Shown piece after piece: positions 7,479 to 16,528 of a stretch of 32,000 bases of DNA. The notes beneath the pieces were generated by a model. It was given only the letters and a program-made list of their open reading frames with translations. It was not told where the DNA came from and ran no database searches. Position 1 is the first letter of the stretch, and each line of letters begins with the position of its first letter. The stretch covers positions 1,440,001 through 1,472,000 of the forward strand of contig NC_016070.1 of NCBI RefSeq assembly GCF_000253055.1, read 5' to 3'. This DNA comes from Thermoproteus tenax Kra 1. GTDB lineage: Archaea; Thermoproteota; Thermoprotei; Thermoproteales; Thermoproteaceae. Position numbers and translations under genes: made by a program.

Positions 7479-8528
7479 GTGCAGTTTAAAATCCCCTACA
7501 TATACTCCTCGGAGGAGTTGGAGAGGTACTTTCTGGGAGTCTACAAGACGACTGAGGCGAAGAGCCCCTCCGTTGAGACCGGATTAGAGCGTTTGAGGCG
7601 ACTTGAGATCGCTAGAGTGATGAAGTCGGCCCAAGCTCTGGGCTCAGCGCTTAAAGAGATGGCAGTAGCTATGCCCTTTGTCGGCGAATTGCACCCGTTC
7701 TATAAGGATCTACTGGATCTCTATATAGGGCTCAACAACTACAGACATGCTTTGGCCAAGATCGGAAGGGCCACCTCCGCCGTTAGAGCAATATCTAGGG
7801 AGACGTTGATATCGCTTAAGACGGCCTACAGCAAAGGGCAAATATACAAGATAAGGAGGGCCTATATAGGTAGAGCGACTGATCTAATAAGAGACTTGGC
7901 TCCAGAGCTCAATACGGCGAGAGAGGCTGCCGTATTCTTCAGAAAGCTTTACGACATAGACCCAGAGCTCTTTACTGTAGTTGTAAGCGGCGCGCCAAAT
8001 GTTGGAAAGAGTAGTCTCGTGGGATGTATGTCCACAGCTAAGCCCAAGGTGGCCGAGTATCCATTCACAACGAAACAGATACACGTAGGCCATATATTCG
8101 TGAGGGGCGACAGAGTCCAAGTCATAGACACGCCGGGCCTTTTGGACAGGCCTTTCCAGGAGATGAATAGGATAGAACAACAAGCGGTCTTAGCCCTAAG
8201 ACACCTAGCTAAGGTGATAGTCTTCTTAGTCGATCCATCACTCCATAGTGGTTATGATATAGAGATCCAATTAAAAATATATAATAATATTAAAAGTAAT
8301 TTTAATATACCTATAATATTAGTAATAAATAAAATTGACCTAATTAATAATAAACAGATAATAAAGGATATAGAGAAGCTTTTCGGCGCAGAGCCGCACA
8401 CTATATCGGCCAAAGAGTGTCGTGGGACTGAGGAACTAAAGGAGCTAATCCTCGAGAAGTTTTATGTGCCCTACGCTCTGGAGAGGCTCAGACGCGCCGT
8501 CTATGAGCGACGAAGCCGATCCCGTTGA
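7479..8528 (+). CDS. NOG1-family GTPase (ribosome biogenesis)
   Basis: VVSGAPNVGKSSLVG (G1), AEYPFTTKQIHVG, DTPGLLDRPFQEMNRIEQQA (G3), INKID (G4); GTG start. Confidence 0.92.
   Translation: MQFKIPYIYSSEELERYFLGVYKTTEAKSPSVETGLERLRRLEIARVMKSAQALGSALKEMAVAMPFVGELHPFYKDLLDLYIGLNNYRHALAKIGRATSAVRAISRETLISLKTAYSKGQIYKIRRAYIGRATDLIRDLAPELNTAREAAVFFRKLYDIDPELFTVVVSGAPNVGKSSLVGCMSTAKPKVAEYPFTTKQIHVGHIFVRGDRVQVIDTPGLLDRPFQEMNRIEQQAVLALRHLAKVIVFLVDPSLHSGYDIEIQLKIYNNIKSNFNIPIILVINKIDLINNKQIIKDIEKLFGAEPHTISAKECRGTEELKELILEKFYVPYALERLRRAVYERRSRSR
8268..8336 (+). other. A/T-ending codon island in the NOG1-like gene
   Basis: 23 of 23 codons end in A/T, running into the codons of the G4 motif NKID. Confidence 0.85.
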
Positions 8529-9573
8529 CCGACACAGTTATAGGTTGAGACTCTCGGACCGAAAAACGCACGCCTAGAATCTTCTCTACTATGTAAATAT
8601 TTGTCAACATGTGTTGAGTAGCTGACGATACTGAGACTCTGCTTTGGCCGTCGGCCAATGCCATGAACGGTATTATCATATCGGCCATGTGGGAGTCCAA
8701 GGCCGCCCCAGATGATATCTCTCTGAGCAACTTTTCAGCGGCCTCTCTTCCGACAATCTCGGCGGATTTACCCCTTTCCCCAAGGCTGTCTGAGCCAAGG
8801 ATGAACCCTCTATCGGTCTCGGCCCATAGCACTATGCCCGACCCAGGTCCTAGACCATCTCGTCTATATTCCACCGATATCTCGACCGGAACGCCGAAGC
8901 CGCTGAGCGTCTCTTTGGCGGCCCTTGCCTGCCGCTCGGCCACGTGTTCCGGGAGATTAACTGCGTGGGAGATACCTCCGATTCTCACCACTTCACCTCT
9001 AACAATCCAGTCGAAGGCCGGTATCTTAGCCACAGGCTCTACGACGACCTCTATGATGCCGCCGCCTTTTGGATAATGGCCTCGCCTCTTGAGGCTCACT
9101 GCGATATTGGCCCCCAACCTGGCTAGAAGCTTGGCGACTACATGGATGAAGTAGTCCACAGGCGGCGCCATGGGCACATCTGTTCCGCCTTTGATAACCA
9201 CCTTAGATCTACAGGGCGCGTACATCAACACAGGAAGGAGGGACTGGAGCACTAATACGACGCTGCCTGCTGTGCCTACATCGAAGAGGAACTCGCCACA
9301 TTTTATTGGGCCCGGCCTAAAGGCGAGATGCATAGATCCGATACTATCTCCTTTAACTTCGGCGTTGGCCACGGCGGCGACTGCTCTTACTGCCGTTAAG
9401 TGTTGATGTTGCAGTCCGGGGTTCTTCCTCCTAGCTCTTATGTTAGTAACCTCAACGGGCACGCCTAGGAGCGCCGACATCGATAGGGCAGTTCTCAAGA
9501 TCTGACCCCCGCCCTCTCCGTAGGAGCCATCGATTACTATCGGCTCCACGCTATATTTTGTTTTATTAAACAT
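8488..9573 (-). CDS. rtcA: RNA 3'-terminal phosphate cyclase
   Basis: IDGSYGEGGGQILRTALSMSALLGVPVEVTNIRARRKNPGLQHQHLTAV; 3' end overlaps the convergent NOG1-like gene by 41 nt. Confidence 0.95.
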   Translation of the reverse strand: MFNKTKYSVEPIVIDGSYGEGGGQILRTALSMSALLGVPVEVTNIRARRKNPGLQHQHLTAVRAVAAVANAEVKGDSIGSMHLAFRPGPIKCGEFLFDVGTAGSVVLVLQSLLPVLMYAPCRSKVVIKGGTDVPMAPPVDYFIHVVAKLLARLGANIAVSLKRRGHYPKGGGIIEVVVEPVAKIPAFDWIVRGEVVRIGGISHAVNLPEHVAERQARAAKETLSGFGVPVEISVEYRRDGLGPGSGIVLWAETDRGFILGSDSLGERGKSAEIVGREAAEKLLREISSGAALDSHMADMIIPFMALADGQSRVSVSSATQHMLTNIYIVEKILGVRFSVRESQPITVSVNGIGFVAHRRRV

Positions 9574-9590
9574 TATTATCTACTGGCTGC

Positions 9591-10985
9591 ATGGAACTTG
9601 AGAGCTTGTTTTTCCCCGACTCTGTGGCGGTCGTGGGAGCTTCACCGAGATCCAACTCAGTGGGCTACGTGATCTCAGTCCAGCTACTGAGGAGATTCAG
9701 AGGAAAAGTTTATTTAGTTAATCCAAACTATAATGAAGCAATTATAAATAATATTAATGTAAGATTTTATAAATCAATATTAGATATAAACGATAAAATA
9801 GATCTAGCAGTCGTCGCAGTACCCTCGCGCTATGTCCCTGACATTATGAGAGAGTTGGGAAAACACGGAGTCAAAGCCGCCGTGATAGTAAGTGGCGGAT
9901 TCGCCGAAGTTGGCGAAGTCGAATTGGAGGAATATGTAGTAAAAATAAGTAGAGAGTATGGCATACGTATCTTGGGCCCGAACTGCGTGGGAGTTTTCAA
10001 CGCCCTGAACGGGCTTGACACTATGTTTCTGCCCGAGGAGAAGGCCAAGAGACCTGCCGGCGGCCCTATCGCGTTCATCAGCCAGAGCGGCGCCGTGATG
10101 ACGGCTGTTTTAGACTGGGCAGCTACAGAGGGCGTAGGAATAGGAATAGCGGTAAACGTAGGAAACAGAGCCGATATAGGCGAGGGAGACATCTTAAATT
10201 ATTTTAAAGAACTAGATTTCATAAAAGTTGTTGGAATATATCTTGAGGGGTTTAGAAAGAGAGAAGAATTACTATCATTTATGAAAGCAGCTAAATCTAT
10301 ATCATATAAAAAACCTCTAATTATCTATAAGGCTGGCCGAAACCTTGAGTCTTCCAGAGCCGCGCTGTCGCACACAGCAGCTCTGGCAGGCAACTACGAG
10401 TACTACAGAGCCCTCTTCGCCCAAGTGGGCGCCATAGAGGCACACGATCTGATAGACATGTTCGATATATCTCAGGCAATGGCCCTCTTGCCTCCGCCCG
10501 AGGGCAAAAGAGTGCTCGTAGTAACTTCGTCAGGCGGGATAGGGGTACAATCCGTCGACGCCCTAGTAGAAAATGGCCTTGAAGTGCCTCCTACGCCCAG
10601 AGAGATGAGGGAGGAGCTTAAGACGAAGCTATCGCGCTTAGTCTCTCTATCTAACCCAATCGACCTTACGGGCAGCGCGACCGATGAAGATTTTAAGGCC
10701 GTCCTGGAGGTAGGAGCTAAACATTTCGATGCGATATTGGTAGGAGCTTTAATACATCCGCCGGGGTTGAGCGAGAGGTTAGCCGAGTATATAGTCGACG
10801 TCTTGAGGTTGGGGAAACCCATCGTGGCCGTCAGCCTCGGCGGCTCACCTCAGGTCAAAGAGCTGGAGAATAGGTTGAGGGGCAAAGTGCCCGTCTATAA
10901 TACGCCGAGGCGGGCCGCGAGGGCCCTCGGAGCATTGTATCGCTATTACTCTTTTAAACAGAGGACGAAGAGATCAAGCGCATGA
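9591..10985 (+). CDS. ADP-forming acyl-CoA (acetyl-CoA) synthetase, alpha-subunit type
   Basis: 464 aa; LFFPDSVAVVGASPRSNSVGY, ILGPNCVGVFN, AFISQSGAVMTAVLDWA, SSRAALSHTAALAGNY, VVTSSGGIGVQSVDA. Confidence 0.92.
   Translation: MELESLFFPDSVAVVGASPRSNSVGYVISVQLLRRFRGKVYLVNPNYNEAIINNINVRFYKSILDINDKIDLAVVAVPSRYVPDIMRELGKHGVKAAVIVSGGFAEVGEVELEEYVVKISREYGIRILGPNCVGVFNALNGLDTMFLPEEKAKRPAGGPIAFISQSGAVMTAVLDWAATEGVGIGIAVNVGNRADIGEGDILNYFKELDFIKVVGIYLEGFRKREELLSFMKAAKSISYKKPLIIYKAGRNLESSRAALSHTAALAGNYEYYRALFAQVGAIEAHDLIDMFDISQAMALLPPPEGKRVLVVTSSGGIGVQSVDALVENGLEVPPTPREMREELKTKLSRLVSLSNPIDLTGSATDEDFKAVLEVGAKHFDAILVGALIHPPGLSERLAEYIVDVLRLGKPIVAVSLGGSPQVKELENRLRGKVPVYNTPRRAARALGALYRYYSFKQRTKRSSA
9711..9809 (+). 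other. A/T-ending codon island in the acyl-CoA synthetase gene
   Basis: 31 of 33 codons end in A/T. Confidence 0.8.
10194..10322 (+). other. Second A/T-ending codon island in the acyl-CoA synthetase gene
   Basis: 38 of 43 codons end in A/T. Confidence 0.75.
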
Positions 10986-11758
10986 TAGCGTTGCTCACAG
11001 ACTTTGGAACAAAGGACTACTTCGTGGCCGAGATGAAGGCCGTCATATACTCCGTAAACCCGAAGGCCAGGATCGTCGATATAACGCACGAGATACCGCC
11101 TCAAGACGTCTACACCGGCGCATTTGTTTTATGGAGATCTTACAAGTGGTTCCCGAGCGGCACTATATTTGTCGCCGTCGTTGATCCCGGCGTCGGCTCA
11201 GCGCGTCTTCCTCTATTAATAAGAACCAGACACTATTTCTTTATAGGACCTGACAACGGCCTCCTCAGCTTGGCCGCTGAGGAGGACGCGGTGGAGAGGA
11301 TATATAAGATTACGGCGAGTTTGTCTCATAGGTCGAGCACCTTCCACGGCCGCGACGTTTTTGCATATGCAGCGGCGCTGTTATCGAGGGGCGTTGCGCC
11401 CAACTTCTTGGGGGAAGAGATCGCCAATTTTGTGAGGCTAGAGAGACCCAGCGCCACAATAAAAGACGGCCTAGTCTACGCTAAGGCAATATATATAGAT
11501 AGATTTGGAAATATTTATACATCTATTACAAAAGATATTATATATAAAATTGCAAAAATTAACGATGAATTATGTATTAAATTTTATGATAAAGAATTTA
11601 GGGCAAAGTTCCTTGAGACCTATAGCGCCGCCCCTCCGGGTGCGCTAGTGGTATTAGTGAACAGCGAAGGCTTTTTGGAGATTGCCGTCAATAGGGGCAA
11701 CGCATCTGAGGAATTGGGCCTAACAGCCGGCGCAGATCTAGTGCTCTATAGATGTTGA
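10982..11758 (+). CDS. S-adenosyl-L-methionine hydroxide adenosyltransferase family protein (DUF62)
   Basis: MIALLTDFGTKDYFVAEMKAVI, VVDPGVGSARLPL, FIGPDNGLLS; start overlaps the preceding stop by 4 nt. Confidence 0.93.
   Translation: MIALLTDFGTKDYFVAEMKAVIYSVNPKARIVDITHEIPPQDVYTGAFVLWRSYKWFPSGTIFVAVVDPGVGSARLPLLIRTRHYFFIGPDNGLLSLAAEEDAVERIYKITASLSHRSSTFHGRDVFAYAAALLSRGVAPNFLGEEIANFVRLERPSATIKDGLVYAKAIYIDRFGNIYTSITKDIIYKIAKINDELCIKFYDKEFRAKFLETYSAAPPGALVVLVNSEGFLEIAVNRGNASEELGLTAGADLVLYRC
11486..11599 (+). other. A/T-ending codon island in the SAM hydroxide adenosyltransferase gene
   Basis: 37 of 38 codons end in A/T. Confidence 0.85.
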
Positions 11759-11937
11759 AGCGCCTCCTTCAGCACGCGGCATATCTCATCTAGCGGCACG
11801 CCATCGCGCAACATCTGAATCACTAGTAGCCCGACCACAGCCGGCGAGTCTACCCTTAATCCGACAGCCTCATACTCTCTTCCTCCCACATTAGCCCTTA
11901 TTTTAATGGTGCCCCCCTCTTTGTCGACCGAGATCAT
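11746..11937 (-). CDS. Small hypothetical protein, 63 aa
   Basis: ORF in the gap, overlaps the convergent gene by 13 nt; no recognised domain. Confidence 0.5.
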   Translation of the reverse strand: MISVDKEGGTIKIRANVGGREYEAVGLRVDSPAVVGLLVIQMLRDGVPLDEICRVLKEALQHL

Positions 11938-11958
11938 AAGAGGGACAACAAGACCACT

Positions 11959-12618
11959 TTAAATTGTGGATATTATAGATATGAGCAACTGCACGGCATC
12001 TTGCGCGTTGTCGGCTATCTTATCCGCGCTATATATCAGTGAGATTATGTGGTTGAACTCAACCGCAGATAAGGCGAGTTGGTATACTTCGTCGAGAATG
12101 TATTCCTTTATTTCATCGACTTCCTCCTCCAGCGTGCTGACGATCCTCGCATATCTGCTACAGAACTCTAGATCCCTACTTCTATCGAGAATAAGGCCAA
12201 TATATTCAATGATAGTTTTATCTAAATCCAACATTTCTTTGAATTTTCCTATAATTATTTTTCTTATATTATCATTTTTCCAAACTCTATATCCACGCTT
12301 TATCTCTTTAGAGATATAGTAAATATTGTCCAATATATTGTCTATTCTATCCAAGAGAAGCTCGGCGCTACCCATAATGCTGGGAACCAAAGCTCCCTTA
12401 GTTATATTGTCGTCGAGTTTGCGTATAATTTCATCGCCCTCCCTCTCTATCGCTGCAATCTTTCTGACAATTTCGTCTAAATAGACCTCATTAAGCTCTG
12501 TTTCCTTTAGGATCTGTTCTAAAAACTCAATGGACTGATGAGAGTAGCCTATGTGAGCCTTCAGACCTTCTACTATCTCGTCCCAACCTGAAGTGAACCA
12601 CCGCTTCAGTATACTCAC
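11959..12618 (-). CDS. DUF47/PhoU-like phosphate transport regulator family protein
   Basis: Helical; LKRWF, IVRKIAAIEREGDEIIRKLDDNITKGALVPSIMGSAELLLDRIDNILDNI; GTG start ~25 nt from ttttaaat. Confidence 0.82.
   Translation of the reverse strand: MSILKRWFTSGWDEIVEGLKAHIGYSHQSIEFLEQILKETELNEVYLDEIVRKIAAIEREGDEIIRKLDDNITKGALVPSIMGSAELLLDRIDNILDNIYYISKEIKRGYRVWKNDNIRKIIIGKFKEMLDLDKTIIEYIGLILDRSRDLEFCSRYARIVSTLEEEVDEIKEYILDEVYQLALSAVEFNHIISLIYSADKIADNAQDAVQLLISIISTI
12199..12291 (-). other. A/T-ending codon island in the DUF47 gene
   Basis: 26 of 29 degenerate codons end in A/T. Confidence 0.75.
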
Positions 12619-12641
12619 GGAACGTGTATGTAGGGCAATTT

Positions 12642-12649
12642 AAAAGGTT
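12642..12649 (-). promoter_or_regulatory. TATA-like element for the DUF47 gene (leaderless)
   Basis: ttttaaat on the minus strand, 24-31 nt upstream of the GTG at 12618. Confidence 0.45.
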
Positions 12650-12711
12650 GGGTCTAGACACCGGCGCCTATGGGCCAACTCAATTAATATGTATAAACCA
12701 CATATAAAGTT

Positions 12712-13839
12712 GTGAGAGAGGCCACACTATATAGGAGACTTGACGAGAGACGCGTCGTCTGCACAGCGTGCGCTAGGTATTGTAGGCTGAATCCCGGTGT
12801 CGTCGGCTTCTGCGGAGTCAGAGTGAACTTGGAGGGCAAGCTCTATCTCGCCGTGTATGGGCTTATATCTGCCATAGCTGTTGACCCCATAGAGAAGAAG
12901 CCCCTCACCCACTTCTATCCCGGGGCCATGGTACTATCGCTTTCTACTTTCGGTTGTAATTGGGCTTGTCAGTATTGCCAGAACTTCGATATTAGCCAGA
13001 GGAGGAGGATAGAGGGTTTCGAGATGCCTCCGGAGAGAGTGGTGGAGCTCGCCGAGACCTACGGAGCCCACGGGATAACGTACACTTACAATGAGCCGAC
13101 AATATTCGCTGAGTATGCCCACGATATTGGGGTATTGGCCCGACAAAGGGGCTTGTTCAATACGTTCGTTACAAATGGATATATGACTCCCGAGGCCGTT
13201 GAGTATATAGCGGGGTTCTTAGACGCAGCCACTGTGGACTTCAAGGGCAATGGGAACAAAAGATTCCTTGGGAGATTCTCTATGGTGCCCGACGTGGAGC
13301 CAGTGTTTCAGACTCTTGAGGAGATGAGGAGGAGGGACATTTGGGTCGAGATAACGGACTTAGTAGTGCCGAGGTACGGAGACAACTTGGAGGACGCAAG
13401 AAGATTGGTCAAAAGGGTCATCGATATTCTGGGGCCCGAGACTCCTATACACTTCTTGAGGTTCCACCCAGACTACAAGATGATGGACCTGAGCCCAACG
13501 CCTATCGAGACCTTGGAGAGGCATGTGGAGGTCGCCAAAGAGGAAGGTGCCAAGTACGTCTACGTGGGCAACGTGCCCGGCCATAAGTACGAGCACACCT
13601 ACTGTCCGGAATGCGGACGGCCTGTGATTAAGCGCTATGGCTTCGACATCCTCGAAATAAATCTTGTGGAAAAAGGCGGAGAGTATAGATGCAAGTTCTG
13701 CGGAGCCAAGATCAATATAAGGGGGAGGATCCTCCCTACATGGAAACTGGAGAGCCGTTTTGCCTATGTCCCGATCCACCTTCTAACTCGCTACGTGAGA
13801 AGGGACACGTCTAAGGAGGACGAATCAAGATTTAAATAG
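12712..13839 (+). CDS. amrS: AmmeMemoRadiSam-system radical SAM enzyme
   Basis: VCTACARYCRLNPGVVGFCGVR, FGCNWACQYCQNFDIS (CxxxCxxC), TYNEPTIFAEY, C-terminal CPECGR/CKFCG zinc-ribbon-like pairs. Confidence 0.92.
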   Translation: MREATLYRRLDERRVVCTACARYCRLNPGVVGFCGVRVNLEGKLYLAVYGLISAIAVDPIEKKPLTHFYPGAMVLSLSTFGCNWACQYCQNFDISQRRRIEGFEMPPERVVELAETYGAHGITYTYNEPTIFAEYAHDIGVLARQRGLFNTFVTNGYMTPEAVEYIAGFLDAATVDFKGNGNKRFLGRFSMVPDVEPVFQTLEEMRRRDIWVEITDLVVPRYGDNLEDARRLVKRVIDILGPETPIHFLRFHPDYKMMDLSPTPIETLERHVEVAKEEGAKYVYVGNVPGHKYEHTYCPECGRPVIKRYGFDILEINLVEKGGEYRCKFCGAKINIRGRILPTWKLESRFAYVPIHLLTRYVRRDTSKEDESRFK

Positions 13840-13857
13840 CGTTGAACAAGATAGGGC

Positions 13858-14472
13858 ATGTCCGAGGAATATAACGTAGGCGCTACCGCCGTAGGGATAA
13901 GGGCCAAGGACGGCGTTGTCTTGGCGGCCGAGAAGAGGATAACCTACGGCTTCTATTCGCTCAGCTCCTCCGGAAAGAAGGTCTTTATAGTGAACGACAG
14001 AATGGCGATAGCGTCGGCAGGGGTCATAGCCGACATGCAGACGTTGGCCAAGATACTGAGAGTTAACGCCAAAATGTACGAGCTCGACGCCAAGAGGAAG
14101 CCCAGCGTGGCGGCAATGGCTAAGCTACTCTCTATAATTATGTTCAATAGAAGGTGGATGCCCTTTATAGCCGAGGTGTTGGTGGGAGGATACGACGAAG
14201 AGGGCCCCCACGTGTTCGTCCTCGACCCAGTGGGTAGTCTCATAGAGGATGACTATGCAGCCTTGGGCACGGGGGCAAAGATGGCCATAGGGATACTGGA
14301 CTCAGGTTATAAGAAGGACATAGACGTCGTTGAGGCCAGAAAGCTGGCCATCAACGCAATAAGGGCCGCGCTTGAGAGAGACCCTGTATCCGGCGGAGGT
14401 ATCGACTTAGTTATTATAACGCCCACTGAGACTCGCGAGGAGGAGGTCAAGGTGTCTGCGGTTTTAACCTAA
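13858..14472 (+). CDS. psmB: Proteasome subunit beta (possibly non-catalytic paralogue)
   Basis: [50 protein letters not shown]; [15 protein letters not shown]. Confidence 0.93.
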   Translation: MSEEYNVGATAVGIRAKDGVVLAAEKRITYGFYSLSSSGKKVFIVNDRMAIASAGVIADMQTLAKILRVNAKMYELDAKRKPSVAAMAKLLSIIMFNRRWMPFIAEVLVGGYDEEGPHVFVLDPVGSLIEDDYAALGTGAKMAIGILDSGYKKDIDVVEARKLAINAIRAALERDPVSGGGIDLVIITPTETREEEVKVSAVLT

Positions 14473-15143
14473 CAAGGCGCCTCGCCCCATTTATCGAACT
14501 CGGCAGGTTGGCGTCTCTTAAGCTCGTTGGCCTTGTTGTGGGCCAGCAGCAGAGGCTCAGGCATGGAGGATGTCTTACAGAGCGATCTTACAATGTTGAC
14601 GGCATCGTCGAGAGTCACCATATTGCCGACTGAGACGTAGAGAGGCCTTCTGCAGATCACGAGGGCCCCTATCACCTCGCCTGTGCGCGGATCCTGTATG
14701 AGGTTTCCCCTTATCTCGCCGTACAGCTTCGACTTAGCTACGCCTATGCTGGCTATGCCCAAGGCCACTCCTAGGTGGGCCGCGAGGCCTAGCTTGTACG
14801 GATGCGCTATTCCTTGCCCATCGACTAGCACCACATCAAATTTAGTCTTGATTTTTCTGAGCGCTCTCACTATCGGCATAAGCTCTCTGAAGGACAAGAG
14901 AGTAGGCACATATGGGAACACGACCTTGTTAATGGAACATCCGTACTCCAGAGGTCTCCCCTCATTCACTGAATACACAACTGCGGCCGAGAAGGCTACA
15001 TCGCCTTTATACGCCACATCTACCCCAACCACATACTGTACATCCCTCAGTGGGATCTGGACGACTCTCTCAGCCAACCTACGTTGGACTCTTCTGGCTA
15101 GCTCTATGTCAAATCCTCTTGGAACAATCACAGAAGTTTTCAA
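14469..15143 (-). CDS. nfi: Endonuclease V (deoxyinosine 3' endonuclease)
   Basis: [68 protein letters not shown]. Confidence 0.95.
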   Translation of the reverse strand: MKTSVIVPRGFDIELARRVQRRLAERVVQIPLRDVQYVVGVDVAYKGDVAFSAAVVYSVNEGRPLEYGCSINKVVFPYVPTLLSFRELMPIVRALRKIKTKFDVVLVDGQGIAHPYKLGLAAHLGVALGIASIGVAKSKLYGEIRGNLIQDPRTGEVIGALVICRRPLYVSVGNMVTLDDAVNIVRSLCKTSSMPEPLLLAHNKANELKRRQPAEFDKWGEAPC

Positions 15144-15798
15144 GTATTCTGTTTATGATTTTAGAGGTAGAACACAGGCTGCACTCCAGCGGTTTGGCGC
15201 GCACTATTTGTGTCTCAATGCCCCTCCGTCTAAACTTCTCCAACAATGTCGCTTCATCGAACGTCTGGTTTGCGCCCAAGAGGACTACGTCGGGTCTCTC
15301 CTCCTCGACAACTCTAAGCATATCATCCTCATACCCCAATCTGGCTTTGTGCACGAAATATATACTGGAGACCACCTTGAGCCTGTTTTCGGCTGGTATA
15401 GAGACGGTCCTTCCCTTTATTTTGGCGGCGTTTGTATCCCGCGACACGACGGCAACGACGCGGCCCAATCTCCACGCCTGCTCCATGTAAAAGATATGGC
15501 CTGGGTGTATGAGCTCGAAGGTGCCGGCTATGAAGACCTTTCTATAGTTCTTCTCTATCTCCGAGGGCCTCCTCCACTCAAAGTCGACGAGGCCCAACAA
15601 CCTCAGTGCGTCTAGGAGGCCTTCGGCATAAGAGGCAGCGGCGATAGACGTCGTGGCATCCCCCCTAGATAGATAGAACTTGGCATCCCTTAGATAGGCT
15701 TTAGCCAACTCGACGACGTCGTTGGCCCTTGAGTCGTGTAACTTCAGCGTCTCAATAGCGTTCTCGAGGTTGCGCACGTAGATCACGGCTCTCTCCAT
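15109..15798 (-). CDS. DUF357 domain fused to a cytidylyltransferase-like nucleotidyltransferase
   Basis: N-terminal helical DUF357-like region followed by VFIAGTFELIHPGHIFYMEQA (HxGH) and the nucleotidyltransferase core. Confidence 0.85.
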   Translation of the reverse strand: MERAVIYVRNLENAIETLKLHDSRANDVVELAKAYLRDAKFYLSRGDATTSIAAASYAEGLLDALRLLGLVDFEWRRPSEIEKNYRKVFIAGTFELIHPGHIFYMEQAWRLGRVVAVVSRDTNAAKIKGRTVSIPAENRLKVVSSIYFVHKARLGYEDDMLRVVEEERPDVVLLGANQTFDEATLLEKFRRRGIETQIVRAKPLECSLCSTSKIINRILENFCDCSKRI

Positions 15799-15862
15799 AG
15801 CTCTTTGAAAGAGCTCTCATATTAAAGCCTGAAATTTTAAAAAGGCTCGCTCCATCGCCCAC

Positions 15863-16057
15863 GTGTCCGAAGAGCTAGAGAAGATAGCCAAAACTATAGT
15901 CGTCAACCTTAGATCCATCGACGAACTGATAAAACAGGGAAGGAAAGAGGAAGCTAAAAAGATCTTTAAGGAAACTAAAAAATTGGCTATAGAGAGGAAG
16001 CTCTACAGAGGCTTCTCTGGGCTCTTCAGAAGAGCCGAGCGCCTTATAGAGGGCTAG
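15863..16057 (+). CDS. Small hypothetical protein, 64 aa, basic helical
   Basis: GTG start, TATA-like tttaaaaa ~25 nt upstream; ORF fills the gap. Confidence 0.5.
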   Translation: MSEELEKIAKTIVVNLRSIDELIKQGRKEEAKKIFKETKKLAIERKLYRGFSGLFRRAERLIEG

Positions 16058-16469
16058 CCTCAACTAGGTAAAACTCTCTGTTTTTACACTGAGATTTTCC
16101 CAAAATCTTAAGGACTAACACCTTCTCGCCCGGCCTCAGCACCTCTCTGTCCGGGCAATTCTCACATCCCTTGCACTCTTCCTCGTAGGTCACAACGACG
16201 CCTTCCAGAGCCTTGTTCCTGGGCAACAGCAACCTTATGGGCATCTCCTCGGCTGCAACCGGCACCATTTCATCGCCTGTGATTTTGCATCGTTGCCCCA
16301 ACGAAGGCCTTACCTCAACTACTCTGTAAGTTCTGCCGACTCTGAGCCTTCCCATACATACTGAGAATAGTTTACAACTAGTACACTCCTCAGGTATCTT
16401 CAGGACTTTGAACCTATGCCCCAGCTCTGCCTGTTCCTTAGAAACCATAGTGATGACTACGCGGCCCAT
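16044..16469 (-). CDS. UPF0179 family protein (cysteine-rich)
   Basis: EECTSCKLFSVCMGRLRVGRTYRVVEVR, ECKGCENCPDREVL, KSQCKNREFYLVEA. Confidence 0.85.
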   Translation of the reverse strand: MGRVVITMVSKEQAELGHRFKVLKIPEECTSCKLFSVCMGRLRVGRTYRVVEVRPSLGQRCKITGDEMVPVAAEEMPIRLLLPRNKALEGVVVTYEEECKGCENCPDREVLRPGEKVLVLKILGKSQCKNREFYLVEASPL

Positions 16470-16528
16470 GCCGAGACTACTGAGCTGAATTTTTATTGTT
16501 AAGCGGGCGTGAAAATTTATTGACTAGC

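Noticed and set aside
8268-8375. AT-rich patches interpreted as insertions of mobile or foreign DNA
   Set aside because: Reading frames continue and at least one patch runs into the conserved NKID motif, so the segments look homologous to the host gene rather than inserted.
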